DNA from: an uncultured Actinomycetes bacterium
Lineage (GTDB): Bacteria > Actinomycetota > Thermoleophilia > RBG-16-64-13
DNA: 64,000 bases
Assembly (NCBI GenBank): GCA_963841735.1
Contig: CAWJDT010000001.1
Span: 1,696,001-1,760,000, forward strand
Direction of reading: 5' to 3'
The translations under genes and the position numbers were made by a program. Below, piece after piece: positions 1 through 11,192 of the stretch. Under the pieces are notes generated by a model that searched no databases, had not been told where the DNA came from, and saw nothing but the letters and a program-made list of their open reading frames with translations. How positions within the stretch are numbered: the stretch's first letter is position 1; each line of letters begins with the position of its first letter.

Positions 1-96
1 AGGTCAGAGAAGACCCAACGGCGGCTTGACCCGTCTTGCTCCTGCGATGTGCAGGAGCAAGAAGATGAGGCGGGTCCTCAGAACTAGGAGTGTCAA

Positions 97-1309
97 TTGG
101 AACGATACCGAGCTGAATGACGATATCTGGTGGGTCGGGGCCATCGACTGGGACTCGCGTGATTTCCACGGGTACGAGACAGCGCGGGGCACCAGCTACA
201 ACGCCTACCTCATCTTGGACGAGAAGGTCGCCTTGGTCGACGGATGCCGCGAGGGCTTCGGACCGCAGGTGTTGAGCGCGTGCAGGGCTGCTGCGGGGGG
301 CGCCCGGTCGACTACATGATCATCAACCACATCGAGCCCGACCATTCGGGCGCCATCCCCTGGTTGGTGGAGAGGTTGACCCCGGCGAAGATCTTCTGCT
401 CCAAGCGGGCCAAGGACGCGCTTCTGCTCTACTACGGAGCTGAGCTGGTGGAGGGGTGGGACCTGCAGATCGTGGGCACCGGCGACGAGGTGTCTCTGGG
501 CCGCAACACCCTGCAGTTCATCGAGGCGCCCATGCTGCACTGGCCCGACAGCATGTTCACCTACGTTAGAGAAGCCAAGACTCTGCTGCCCAACGACGCT
601 TTCGGGCAGCACCTGGCCTCGTCTAAGCGGTTCGCCCACGAACTGGACATGAACGTGGTCATGCAAGAGGCGAGCACGTACTACGCCAACATCCTCATGC
701 CCTTCGGGGGCCAGATCCAGAAGATGCTGGCCAAGATCCAGGAGATGGGACTGGAGATCGAGGCCATCGGTCCCAGCCACGGCGTCATCTGGAAGGGTGC
801 CCGAGGACGTAGCCCGCATCATCGAGGCATATCAGCGCTGGAGCGGAGGCCAGGCCGCCGAGCGGGTGGCGCTGATCTACGACACCATGTGGCACTCCAC
901 AGAGAAGATGACTATGGCCATCGCCGACGGGGTGGCTCAGGAGGGGGTGGAGTGCAGGGTACTAAGACTCAGCGCGACTCCCCGTTCGGAGGCGGTCACC
1001 CAGGTGCTGGAATCGCGTGCCTTTCTGGTCGGCACTCCCACTCTGAACAACCAGATGTTCCCGACGGTGGGGGGCTTTCTCACTTACCTAAGGGGGCTAC
1101 GTCCCACGGGGCGCCTGACCGGGGCCTACGGCTCCTGCGGATGGTCCGGGGGAGGAGTGAGGTCGCTCGACGAGGAGTTGCGGGGCATGGGGCTTGAGAC
1201 GCTGGATGCTCTCGAGGTCAAGTACATGCCCAGCGCGGTCGACCTGGAGGCGTGCGCGGAGCTAGGACGGCAGGTGGCCCGCAGGGTCAAGGCGGCGGGA
1301 GGAGGGTAG
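97..1309 (+). CDS. fprA: Flavodiiron protein (FprA-type: metallo-beta-lactamase + flavodoxin domains), split by indels near ~100, ~280 and ~795
   Basis: WVGAIDW..FHGY..GTSYNAYL, NHIEPDHSG, HWPDSMFTY, NDAFGQH, PSHG and YDTMWHSTE motifs across ORFs 26-319, 244-1197 and 797-1309; AGGAG at 86-90 before TTG at 97. Confidence 0.9.
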
Positions 1310-1313
1310 ACCG

Positions 1314-1902
1314 ATGGCCATGACGGTTCTGGGACTGGCCGGGAGCGCCCGGCGCGGAGGCAACACCGAGACTCTGCTCGACTGGTGCCTGGGCGCCGCT
1401 CGGGAAGAGGGCGCCACGGTGGTCAAGTTCAGCCTGTGCGATCTCGCCATTCGCGGGTGTCAAGGCTTGCGACGCCTGCTTCAAGGACGGGGTCTGTATA
1501 CAGAAGAACGACGACATGCAGCTTCTGTATCCTCACCTGCGCGGTGCCGACTCTATCGTGCTGGCCGCTCCTGTGTACTTCCAGGGAATGCCGGCTGTGC
1601 CCAAGATGGTGATCGACCGATGCCAGCCCTTCTGGGCGCTCAAATACCTCCTGAAACAGCCACTACGCCCGCCCGGTAGCCCCGAGCGTATGGGTGCTTT
1701 CTTGAGCTGCGGGGGCACCAAACCCATGCAGGCTTTTGACGGCAGTCTCAGGATCATGAAGACCCTGTGGCTCACGCTGGAGATCACGCCTGCCGGAAAG
1801 GTCCTCTGCCCGGGCATCGACGCGAAGGGCCAGATCAGGGACGAGCCCGGGGCTCGAGTGGCAGCCGAACAGATCGGCCGCCAACTCGCCCGCGAACGTT
1901 AG
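1314..1902 (+). CDS. Iron-sulfur flavoprotein / NADPH-dependent FMN reductase family (one indel near 1467)
   Basis: GSARRGGNT; removing one base restores CQGCDACFKDGVC..DDM (Cx2Cx2Cx5C); AAPVYF..KMVIDR. Confidence 0.85.
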
Positions 1903-1917
1903 GCCGAAAGGAATGAG

Positions 1918-2127
1918 TTGAGAGTGCAAGCCGAGGTCAAGACCTGCATAAGCTGTGGCAAGCCACTGGCCGATCGGGTGGAGGAAGAGGAACGCACAGG
2001 CAGCACGGGCAGCCGCTCCACTGGAGAGTGCAGCACCTACAGGGTGTGGTTCTGTGTCAACAGCGACTGCCCCATGTATCACACCGACATGTACCGGGAA
2101 CAGATGGCCGATCGTATCGACAGGTGA
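1918..2127 (+). CDS. Small Cys-rich (zinc-finger-like) hypothetical protein
   Basis: CISC...C...CVNSDC; sits in operon spacing between flanking genes. Confidence 0.55.
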   Translation: MRVQAEVKTCISCGKPLADRVEEEERTGSTGSRSTGECSTYRVWFCVNSDCPMYHTDMYREQMADRIDR

Positions 2128-2165
2128 GTTCCGCTCACGGGGCCTGAACTGAGAGGAGAGAAGGC

Positions 2166-2375
2166 GTGCAGAAGCGATTGCAGCGCTCGCGCAGCGAGAA
2201 GATGATGGCAGGGGTCTGTGGGGGCCTGGGCGAGTATTTTGGCGTGGATCCCACTCTGGTGCGGGTGGTTTTTGCGGCCATAACGGTTCTGGGGGGAGCC
2301 GGGATCCTTCTCTACTTGGTGCTCTGGGTGGTCATGCCTCTGGAGTCACCACCGCCCTATCTGCCAGATAGATAG
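2166..2375 (+). CDS. pspC: PspC domain membrane protein
   Basis: RLQRSRSEKMMAGVCGGLGEYFGVDPTLVR..YLVLWVVMP; GGAG RBS. Confidence 0.9.
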   Translation: MQKRLQRSRSEKMMAGVCGGLGEYFGVDPTLVRVVFAAITVLGGAGILLYLVLWVVMPLESPPPYLPDR

Positions 2376-3140
2376 AACCCGCGGGGTAGCTCAAGGCTGT
2401 GCGCGGCAAGCAGCGCTGGGTCGTTCAGGAGGGTTTCACTTGGTCCATCGGCAACGATGCGGCCCTCGTCCAAGATGATCACTCGCTCGCAGAGTTCGTA
2501 GGCCGACGGCAGGTCGTGGGTGGCGATGATCTTGGTGACAGGTAGTGCGAGCAGGATATCGGCCACGTTTCGGTGGGCTCTCGGATCCAGGTTGGACAAG
2601 GGCTCGTCGAGCACGAGTAGCGAAGGACGCATGGCAAGTACGGTGGCCACGGCGACGCGCTTCTTCTGGCCGAACGAGAGGTGGTGGGCGGCGCGGTGAC
2701 CGGACCCCTCCATGCCCACCGCGGCCAGCGCTTCTTGCACCCGCACGGCGATATCGTCCTTGTCGAGGCCCAGGTTGCCCGGCCCGAAAGCCACATCCTG
2801 GGCGACACTGGTCAAGAAGAGCTGATCCTCTGGGTCCTGGAAGACGACGCCCACCCTGCGCCGGATCTCCCGCAGATTCTTGTTGTCGACTGCAAGTCCA
2901 AAGATGACGGAGTTCTCCCGTGCCTTTGAGTATGCCGTTGAGGTGGAGCAGGAGGGTGCTCTTGCCGGCTCCGTTTGGTCCGATGAGTGCTACCGACTCT
3001 CCCTGGCTCACGGTTAGATTGATCCCACGCAGGACGGGTGTGCCGTCTGGGTAGGAGAAGCGCAGATCGTTGGCCTCAATGGCCGGCGGCGGAGTAGCGG
3101 AAGGCAGGGGCTCAATAGGGGTTGGCGACCCAGCCTTCAT
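2357..3140 (-). CDS. cbiO: ECF Ni/Co transporter ATPase (CbiO/NikO), one indel near 2900
   Basis: [36 protein letters not shown]; ATGA overlap with cbiQ stop. Confidence 0.9.
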
Positions 3141-3916
3141 GACGTGCCCCATACCGACGCGAGCACCCGTATGGCGATGGCAGCGGATAACAGCGTGCCG
3201 GCGAAAGCGGTCTCAGCCAGACCGAAATCCGTGTCCGCCGCTAGTGTGACGGTGCCTTCGTATCCGCGGCTGAGCATGGCCACGTACACCCGCTCCCCTC
3301 GACTGTAGCTGCGGAGGAAGAGGGCGCCCAGCATCCTACCCAGCACCGGCACGTTCCCGAGCCAGCGGGCGCGGAAGTTGCGGGAGGTCATGGCTCGGCG
3401 CATGCGCCCGGCCTCGTCCGAAAAGACGAAGCTGTACCGGTACATGAAACTGACGATGAGGATGAACACCTTTGGCGCTCGCAGGCGGTCGAATCCGGCC
3501 ACCATATCGGCGAAGGGAGTGGTTGCTCCCAGAACGGTGACGCTGAGGACGCTCAGCAGCGCTTTGGCTCCAGCGTTCCAGAGCACCATCAGGCCCACGT
3601 TGCTCACGCTCAGGCCACCCAGGTTGTAGCTCCCTTGACCGGCTCGGTGAAAGAAGGGAAGAAAGACGGCCACCATCAACAGCACCGGCAGAACTATGAG
3701 CAGGCGCTTGAGCACGTAGCCGAGGGGCACGCGGGCAAGTCCGATGAGGAACACCAGCAGGGCGGCATACAGGGCGAACGCCCACATGGCTCTGGCGGGG
3801 GTGGTCACGACAATCACCGTGAGGCCGAGCATTGCCAGGATCTTGGCCCGAGCGTCGAGATCGTAGAGGAATCCTCCCGCAGAACTGCGCTCTGTCAGAA
3901 AAGTGCCGGCTGTCAT
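3137..3916 (-). CDS. cbiQ: ECF transporter T component (CbiQ/NikQ)
   Basis: [31 protein letters not shown]. Confidence 0.92.
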   Translation of the reverse strand: MTAGTFLTERSSAGGFLYDLDARAKILAMLGLTVIVVTTPARAMWAFALYAALLVFLIGLARVPLGYVLKRLLIVLPVLLMVAVFLPFFHRAGQGSYNLGGLSVSNVGLMVLWNAGAKALLSVLSVTVLGATTPFADMVAGFDRLRAPKVFILIVSFMYRYSFVFSDEAGRMRRAMTSRNFRARWLGNVPVLGRMLGALFLRSYSRGERVYVAMLSRGYEGTVTLAADTDFGLAETAFAGTLLSAAIAIRVLASVWGTS

Positions 3917-3964
3917 GGGGTTGCGGGGTCGGGGGTCAGCCCACCAACACGCGGGTCGCAGCGG

Positions 3965-4991
3965 CTAGGCCGAGTCGGTGCCTTGGGCGGCACGGGGTCG
4001 CAGTGTGCCGAAAAACCGGCCCAGCAGAAGCACAAGCGCGAATAGGGCGACGGTGCCGATCAGTCCGGCCACGCCTGTCGCTATCCTGGCGCTCTCGATG
4101 CCGGGCAACTGGTAGTCGGGCAGGGGAGAGAGATCCCACACCGGCTGCTCGGCGACCGCCGTTTCGAAGCCCTTGTCGGCGGCCACACGTTCGAGACCAT
4201 CAGGCGAGCTCGACGCGAAGGGCGAAACGAACACGGCCAGTGCCGCGGCCACCACGAGAGCGGAGACCACGAAGGCCCAGAGGCGGGTGCGCCTGGATGT
4301 CCCGCGCGTGGGGCAGCGAGGGTTCTCCCGGCACCTGTCCCGGGGTCGGCGAAGGCAGATCGAAGCTCTTGACCAGGTCGGGCCGGGCGGCGAAGACCGC
4401 CGCGGCGATCGCCGTGGTGATGAGGGCCTCGCCCAGACCGATGATCATGTGCACCGAGGCCATGGCGGGTAGCGCGACTCCCAGAGGAACGGTTCCGGAG
4501 AGCGCCAACTCGAGCGAGCAGGCGAGCGAGGCAAGGAGCACCGAGACCCAAGAGGCCACCGCCACCGCGGCCAGACGTCCGGTGAGAGTGCGGGGGAGGA
4601 GCCTCTTCAAGAGGAGAAAGAGCCAGTAGCTGGCAAACACAGCGATCACGCCCATGTTGAAGACGTTGGCGCCCAAAGCGGTGATGCCACCGTCCGCCAT
4701 GCCCAATGCCTGGACGAGAAGGACGACGGTCATGACTACGGTCGCGGCATAGGGCCCCAGCAGAGCGATGGCCAACATCGCGCCCAGGAAATGTCCGCTC
4801 GTGCCGCCGGCCACGGGGAAGTTCAACATCTGCGCCGCGAAGATGAAGGCGGCTGTGACGCCCAGCAGCGGGACCGTCCGTTCTCCCAACTCCTTGCCGG
4901 TCTTCCGGAGTGAGTAGGCGACCACGCCCAGGGACACCGCGCTCGTGGCCACCGCGACGGGGATGTCTACGAAACCGTCGGGGATGTGCAT
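3965..4991 (-). CDS. nikM: ECF S component NikM/CbiM, probably fused to a PDGLE (NikN) domain; indel near 4280
   Basis: N-terminus MHIPDGF, AFIFAAQMLNFPV..GTSGH, GMADGG; C-terminal ASSSPDGLE..LPDY. Confidence 0.88.
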
Positions 4992-5438
4992 GGCCTGCTG
5001 CCCTGCTCTAGGTTGGTTGTAGGTTGGCCTTCGCAGCAGTCGGCGCACACGCCGTGGATGGTGAGCTCGCGGACCGTGAAGTCATGAGTGGAGAGGAGCG
5101 CCTCGGGCAGAGCGGAGAGGTCCTCGTCGTGGAGGTGGTCCACCCGGCCGCAGGCATCGCATACCAGATGGTGGTGCCGGACTTCCTCTTCCACCTCGAA
5201 GAGGCGACAGTTGGGGCCCGAGCCGGGTCTCCCGCACAAGTCCGAGAGCGACCAAGAGCTCCAGGGTGCGGTACACAGTGGAGATGTTGACGTGAGGGAA
5301 TTGCTCCTGCACCAAGCGGCACACTTCCTCGGCGCTCATATGAGGGGCTCCCGCGCGCAGCACCTCCCAGACGAGAGTGCGCTGCGGAGTGAGCCTGTAG
5401 CCGAGATCCTGGAGCGTCTGTGTAGCGTGATGAGTCAT
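4967..5438 (-). CDS. Fur-family metalloregulator (indel near 5215)
   Basis: GYRLTPQR..HMSAEEV..NISTVYRTL, then HHHLVCDACG..HGVCADC. Confidence 0.88.
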
Positions 5439-5448
5439 CGCAGTTGCG

Positions 5449-5477
5449 AATCTATTGCAATAGCGCATTGCTGTCAA
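5449..5477 (-). promoter_or_regulatory. Sigma70-type promoter for the fur-nikMNQO operon with overlapping palindrome
   Basis: Minus strand TTGACA(5477-5472)-N17-TAGATT(5454-5449); perfect palindrome CTATTGCAATAG at 5452-5463; ATG at 5438. Confidence 0.7.
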
Positions 5478-5626
5478 CCGGTAACCGCGGTTTGGCGTAG
5501 TTCGAGCGGGGTGCAGCCGGGTGGCCACCCCCGAGCGGGTCTGTTACTGTTCTGACGAAGGATCCGGCACGGCCACGATGGCGTTTCCGGCAGATCGCGG
5601 AGCATAGTTGGAGGAGGTGATGGTCG

Positions 5627-6693
5627 ATGAGTGATATCCCGAGGCTGACGCTGCTTTCGCACGGTTCCGGCTGAGCGTGCAAAGTGGGCCCCAAGGACTT
5701 GGGGCAAGTCATGGCTATGCTGCCACCGACGGACGATCCGGCGTTGCTGGTGGGGGCCGATACGCTGGATGACGCGGCCATCTATCGGCTTGAACGATGA
5801 GGTCGCGCTGGTGCAGACCGTGGACTTCTTCACGCCCGTGGTCGACGACCCCTACGACTTTGGCCGCATCGCTGCCGCCAACGCCCTCTCCGATGTTTAC
5901 GCCATGGGAGGGCGGCCTCTTACCGCGCTCAACATCGTCTGTTTTCCCATCGGCACTCTGCCGTTGGAGTACTTGGGCCGCATCCTTGCAGGGGGCGCCG
6001 AAACGGTGCGGCTGGCCGGTGCCACCATCGTGGGCGGGCACACCATCGACGATCCTGAGCCCAAGTACGGCCTTGCTGTGACGGGGGTCATCAAGCCTGG
6101 CGACCAATCGACCAACGCGGCGGCCGTTCCAGGAGACCTGCTGGTGCTGACCAAACCCCTGGGGACAGGCATGATCGCCACCGCCATCAAGCGGGGCACG
6201 GCTGCCGGCGTCGCAGTCGCGGCCGCCACAGCAGTCGATGGCCACTCTCAACCGCGACGCTGCTGAGGTCGCCCGCCGGTTTGGCGTGCGGGCGGTCACC
6301 GATGTCACCGGCTTTGGCCTGCTGGGCCACCTGTCGGAGATGTGCCGGGCCAGCCGGGTGGGCGCCGACCTGTGGTTGGACAGGCTGCCCCTATTACCGG
6401 GAGTCGAGGAACTGGCCCGGGAGGGTGTGGTGCCCGGTGGCACGAAGCGCAACCTGGAGTATGTGGTTGCCTTCACGGAGTTCGAAGCGGCCATCGAAGA
6501 CTGGTGGCGGCTGATTGCGGCCGACGCTCAGACTTCAGGCGGGCTGTTGCTCGCGGTCGCCGAAGAGCGGGTCTTTCAGGTGGTGGAGGCTCTTGAAGAG
6601 AAGGGCGTGCCGGCTGCGGCGGTGATAGGGAAGATCCGAGAGGAAGGCGGACCTATGCTGCGGGTGTCGCTGAGCGGCGACTCCGGCGGATAG
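5627..6693 (+). CDS. selD: Selenide, water dikinase (selenophosphate synthetase) with Sec at codon 16; indels near 5790 and 6237
   Basis: GGAGGAGG RBS; [24 protein letters not shown]; [58 protein letters not shown]. Confidence 0.93.
5675..5705 (+). promoter_or_regulatory. Bacterial SECIS hairpin of selD
   Basis: GCCCCAA(5688-5694)-GGAC-TTGGGGC(5699-5705); G-first loop begins 20 nt after the UGA at 5672-5674. Confidence 0.75.
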
Positions 6694-6694
6694 G

Positions 6695-7120
6695 TCAGAT
6701 CGCAGCGGGCTCTCGATCGAGGTGCACCGATAGACTCACCCTGGTGCCCCCGCCAGGGGAACGGAAGAAGTTGACCTCGTCCATGAGCGTGACCATGAGC
6801 GGCAGGCCCAGTCCGCGGTATCCGAAGGTCTCCCGGCCGGCGGTGGGCGGTCTGAAGACGCCTGTGTCGACGATAACGAAGGTCAGGCGTCTGTCTTGTA
6901 GCGTGGCCGAGACCTCCACCGACTCTTGAGGGCAACGAGCGTGCTCCACCGCGTTGGCGAAAGCTTCCGAAACGGCCACCTTCAGGTCGAACGCTCTCTC
7001 GTGGCCGACGCCTGCCTCACGCGTGATCTGCTCGACGAATCGCCGTATGTCGCCCAAGCGAGCGGTCTCGGCTTCCACTTTCACGGTCCACTGAAGGTCT
7101 TCATGAGTTCCCGTAATCAT
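6695..7120 (-). CDS. Anti-sigma factor / RsbW-like ATP-binding protein
   Basis: LKVAVSEAFANAVEHA, DTG, RGLGLPLM..LMDEV..GT. Confidence 0.88.
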   Translation of the reverse strand: MITGTHEDLQWTVKVEAETARLGDIRRFVEQITREAGVGHERAFDLKVAVSEAFANAVEHARCPQESVEVSATLQDRRLTFVIVDTGVFRPPTAGRETFGYRGLGLPLMVTLMDEVNFFRSPGGGTRVSLSVHLDREPAAI

Positions 7121-7473
7121 GAGGTGCCGTCTCTCCTCAGGCTCGCATCCGCTTCTTCGCGGTCTTGGAACAACCGGAACCGGGGGTCGGCGAGCACGCC
7201 GACGATTTCCAGCAGGCGGTGGATGTTGCCGTTAGCCCCTATGAGACCCAGCCATCCGCTCTCAGGGAGCCTGCGGGCGTGTGAGAACATGACCGACAAC
7301 CCCCCGCTGTCTATGTAGTCCACGCGGCTGAGATCAAGCAGTACTACCGACGAGGCGCTTCGGGCCTCGTCGAGAGCGGTGTCCAAAGCGCCACATGTAC
7401 TGTGGTCGACATCCCCCCAAGTCTCGACCAGTGGTGTCTCTGTCAGCTTAGTCAGTCGCGCACTCATCAGCAC
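7117..7473 (-). CDS. STAS anti-anti-sigma factor (RsbV-like)
   Basis: GDVDHST..LLDLSRVDYIDSGGL; ATGA overlap with the anti-sigma gene. Confidence 0.88.
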   Translation of the reverse strand: MLMSARLTKLTETPLVETWGDVDHSTCGALDTALDEARSASSVVLLDLSRVDYIDSGGLSVMFSHARRLPESGWLGLIGANGNIHRLLEIVGVLADPRFRLFQDREEADASLRRDGTS

Positions 7474-7572
7474 CCGGTCAGCAGGAGTTACCTTGTTCTC
7501 GGGTCACTACTACCCGGACAGAGTCATTGTAAACACGGGAGTGTCTCGTTCTGTCGGGGGTGGCTGAGTCTC

Positions 7573-8730
7573 TCAAAGGATATGATCCACGGTTGTAAGC
7601 GAATAGCCTTGCGCGAACAGCCAGTCGACGACCACTGGGATCGCCGCGACCGTTTGCAGGCGGTTCGGGCCTCCATCGTGCATCAGGATGATCGCTCCAG
7701 GCCTGGTCTCGGCCTTGACGTGGGACATGATCGCGTTGACGTCTTGGCGTTCCCAGTCACGTGTGTCGACGGTCCAGAAGGCTAGGCGGAGGCCCATGGA
7801 GGAGGCGAGCGCCCTAACGGTGGCGTTGGAGTCGCCGTAGGGGGGCCGCAGGAAACGGCTGCCGCCGATGACATTATTGGTCCGGGTGATCTGGCTGGCG
7901 AACTCCGCGGCGCTCACCTTAGTGAGCCACGGATGGTTCCAGGTGTGATTCTCTACCTCGTATCCCGCGTCCTTCATCTGTTGGATGAGCTCCGGATAGG
8001 CCGACGCTGAGCCGCCCTGGACGAAGAAGGTGGCCGGAACGTGCGCGGCTGCCAAAGCGGCGAGCACTTCCTGAGTATGTGTGCCGGGGCCGTCGTCAAA
8101 AGTGAGCGCGGCGAGCTTCTGTCCGGGCTGGGGAGTCTCGTCCAGCCTATAGACAGTGTCTTGCGGGGCGACGGTGACCAAGGCCGCCGCCTCCCTGCCG
8201 CTGCAGACGCCTGTGTACAGCTCGCGCTCCCCGGGTGAACCCGTCTGCGCGAGACTCACGATGTTGCCCTGACCAGCGATGGTGGTTGAGAAGGGCATGT
8301 ACTGGGTGGTCGGCTCGATCTGCTCGATCAGGGGGTCACCATGCCGTACGACCAAGGCGGCTCCGTCGGTGAGCGCAGCGGTGGCGTCCAGCGATCTGTC
8401 GTTCACCCTACTAACGGCAGGAGAGCCTCCCGCGAGGGTGAGCACATCACCCGCGATGTCCAGAGTCGAGCCGTCCCGGGCCTGCGCGACCAGTGGCCCG
8501 GCTAGAAGGGAGGCTGCGACGCCCGGTTGCACCGACCGGACGACTCCGTTCAGCTCTACCGTGTTGCGGAGATTGGCATGGGCGGTAGGGGTGAGGAAGA
8601 AGGCCAGGCATCCCAGTAAGAACGCCGCCAACGACAGTAGCGCCACTTGGCGCCCGTTGCGCCGTCTCGTCCGCAGCCTTTTCTGTTTGCCGCTGACGGT
8701 TTGGTAGGTCGTGTGGGGGTGCCCCTTCAT
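7573..8730 (-). CDS. Secreted polysaccharide deacetylase (NodB/CE4) with a probable G5-like region
   Basis: ALTFDDGP, ATFFV, NHTWNHP, FLRPPYG, VDTRDW, IILMHDGG; N-terminal hydrophobic signal. Confidence 0.9.
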   Translation of the reverse strand: MKGHPHTTYQTVSGKQKRLRTRRRNGRQVALLSLAAFLLGCLAFFLTPTAHANLRNTVELNGVVRSVQPGVAASLLAGPLVAQARDGSTLDIAGDVLTLAGGSPAVSRVNDRSLDATAALTDGAALVVRHGDPLIEQIEPTTQYMPFSTTIAGQGNIVSLAQTGSPGERELYTGVCSGREAAALVTVAPQDTVYRLDETPQPGQKLAALTFDDGPGTHTQEVLAALAAAHVPATFFVQGGSASAYPELIQQMKDAGYEVENHTWNHPWLTKVSAAEFASQITRTNNVIGGSRFLRPPYGDSNATVRALASSMGLRLAFWTVDTRDWERQDVNAIMSHVKAETRPGAIILMHDGGPNRLQTVAAIPVVVDWLFAQGYSLTTVDHIL

Positions 8731-8882
8731 CGCGTTCTCATTATCCCATAGCAGTCGGCGGTTCAGGCTCTTCTAAGTAGGGGTCGTTCGGCGGAGCTGG
8801 GCAGTCCGGCTGCGGCTGGGCTCGACGGAGTGTGTGTTACCATACCGGCGGCGTATGCCACAAAAGCAACTGCGAGGTACGC

Positions 8883-10325
8883 ATGCGGATTGTCTTCATT
8901 GAACCCGCCTCTCCGGGTTTTCACATCTATAGTTTCATCAAGCAGATGCGTTTGGGCCTTCCTCTATTGGGAGCCCTCATGACCGAAAGAGGACATGAGG
9001 TGCGCATCTACGCCGAGGCGCTCGACGAGGTCAACTGGGACGACGTTCTGTCGGCCGACTTGGTGGGCATATCGACCACGACTTCCACCTCGGTGCGGGC
9101 CTACCGGTACGCGCAGAGGGTGCGGGAAGCGGGCATACCGGTGGTCATGGGCGGCCCGCACGTCACCTTCCTAGACGACGAGGCAATGGATTTCTGTGAC
9201 TACGTTGCCCGCAACGAAGGGGAAGAGACTCTCATTGCGCTGGTGGAGTATCTGCAGGGTCGGGGCAACCTGGAAAGCATCCTGGGCCTCACCTATCGTG
9301 ACGCGAACGGCAAGGTTGTCCGCAATGCCGACCGTCCGCTACTTGCCTCGCTCAGCGATCTGCCTTGGCCGGACATGAGTCTCGTGGTGGGCGGCGAGAA
9401 AGTGCATCCGAGCCCCATTCTGTCGTCGCGCGGCTGTCCGTTCGGCTGTGAGTTCTGTTCGGTGGTGCTTATGTTCGGGCGCAGAGTCCGCACCATCGAG
9501 CCAGAACAGGTGGTCGCGCGGATAAAGCAGGTGAACCCGAGCAAGATGTTCTTCTACGATGACAACTTCTTTATCAGCAGGCGCCGCGGCAAGGAGCTGC
9601 TTACGCTGATGATCCGGGAGAAGCTGTCGAATCCGTTCTTCGCGCAGATCAGGGTGGATTCCATCTGCAAGGATGGCAAGGTGGACGAAGAACTCCTCGA
9701 TCTGCTGTATACGGCGGGATGCCGCATCGTTTACCTGGGGTTGGAGTCGGTGAACCCGGCGACCCTGAAGGAATATCACAAGGAATCGACCATCGACGAC
9801 ATGGCCGGTGGTCTGGAGGCTCTTCACAAGCGGGGCATCAGCACGCACGGCATGTTCGTCTTTGGGGCCGATTCCGACACTCGCGAAGCTCTGGACAAGA
9901 CGGCGGACTTCGCTGTGGAACATGGTCTCAACAGCGCCCAGTTCCTTGCGTTGACCCCGCTGCCCGGCACCAGGCAGACGGCTCAGCTATTCGCCGATGG
10001 CCGGATATTCACCAAGAACTGGAGTCTCTACGATGGGCATCATGTGGTCTTCTGGCCCCAGCAGATGACTCCGTATGAGCTGCAAGACACCATCAATCGG
10101 GCGCACAAACGTTTCTACAGTGGGCGCAGGGCCATAGCCCGCAAATACGACGGACCGATCATCCGCAAGCACCAGTTGCAGGGGTATCTCATGGCGCGGG
10201 CTTGGGAGCACGTGCGTGAGAACCGTGAATTCATGCGGGATTTGAAGGAATTCTCCGAATCGCATCCTCGGCCGGAGCCGCTGGACGGTTTCTCCAAACC
10301 GGATTTCGGCAAGGCTGGTCTGTAG
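8883..10325 (+). CDS. B12-binding domain radical SAM protein
   Basis: VVMGGPHVT, NEGE, SRGCPFGCEFC (CxxxCxxC), DDN, GLES, TPLPGT. Confidence 0.9.
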   Translation: MRIVFIEPASPGFHIYSFIKQMRLGLPLLGALMTERGHEVRIYAEALDEVNWDDVLSADLVGISTTTSTSVRAYRYAQRVREAGIPVVMGGPHVTFLDDEAMDFCDYVARNEGEETLIALVEYLQGRGNLESILGLTYRDANGKVVRNADRPLLASLSDLPWPDMSLVVGGEKVHPSPILSSRGCPFGCEFCSVVLMFGRRVRTIEPEQVVARIKQVNPSKMFFYDDNFFISRRRGKELLTLMIREKLSNPFFAQIRVDSICKDGKVDEELLDLLYTAGCRIVYLGLESVNPATLKEYHKESTIDDMAGGLEALHKRGISTHGMFVFGADSDTREALDKTADFAVEHGLNSAQFLALTPLPGTRQTAQLFADGRIFTKNWSLYDGHHVVFWPQQMTPYELQDTINRAHKRFYSGRRAIARKYDGPIIRKHQLQGYLMARAWEHVRENREFMRDLKEFSESHPRPEPLDGFSKPDFGKAGL

Positions 10326-10433
10326 CCTCTCGCTCGTCGGAGTTTCTTCGTTCAACAAAGGATTCTTACTGCCATTTGCGAAAGGCTATCAGGACTTGCT
10401 AGCGGAGCTAGGCATTTAGAGCAGGGGGATAGC

Positions 10434-11192
10434 TTGGCCAGAGTGGTGGCCTTTACAAACCAAAAGGGCGGCGTGGCAAAGACCACGACGACTCTGAATC
10501 TTGGGGTTGCCTTCCAAGAGATGGGCCACCGCGTGCTAGTGGTCGATCTCGATCCTCAGGGTAATCTGACCATGAGCCTGGGTCTTGACCCGGACTCAGT
10601 GCGGCCCAGCATGTACGATGTTCTGGTCAGCGGAGTTAGCATTGAGGACGTCATCCGAAATCAGGAACTCGATGTGGCTGTGTCCAATATCGACCTCGCG
10701 GCCGCGGAGATCGCGCTGAGTTCGCTGATAGGGCGGGAGAGGTCTCTCAGTAAGGCCCTGCTGCAGGTGCGCGACACGTACGAGTTCATTCTCATCGACA
10801 CGCCTCCCTCACTGGGCCTTCTCACAATCAACGCCCTCACCGCCTCCGATGCGGTCATAGTCCCGGTGCAGTGTGAATATCTGTCTCTGCGCGGTCTCGC
10901 GCAGCTGGAGCGGACCTTGGAGTTGGTGAGGGACAATCTCAACCCCAACGTGCACATCGGGGGCATCCTGCCCACAATGTATGACTCCCGGACGGTGCAT
11001 GGTAGGGAGGCGGTCGAAGTGCTCCGCGGCAGCTTTGGGGATCTGGTCTACACCACCGAGATACACAAGACCATAAAATTCGCGGAAGCGCCTGTGAAGG
11101 GGCAGTCGGTTCTGAAGTACGCGCCGGACAGCCAGGCGGCTCAAGCATATCGCCAGCTTGCAAGAGAGGTGCTCGATGGAAAAAAGATCTAG
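10434..11192 (+). CDS. parA: ParA/Soj-family ATPase
   Basis: NQKGGVAKTTT, DLDPQGN, IDTPPSLG, PVQCEYLSLRGL, TMYDSRT, FAEAP. Confidence 0.93.
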   Translation: MARVVAFTNQKGGVAKTTTTLNLGVAFQEMGHRVLVVDLDPQGNLTMSLGLDPDSVRPSMYDVLVSGVSIEDVIRNQELDVAVSNIDLAAAEIALSSLIGRERSLSKALLQVRDTYEFILIDTPPSLGLLTINALTASDAVIVPVQCEYLSLRGLAQLERTLELVRDNLNPNVHIGGILPTMYDSRTVHGREAVEVLRGSFGDLVYTTEIHKTIKFAEAPVKGQSVLKYAPDSQAAQAYRQLAREVLDGKKI

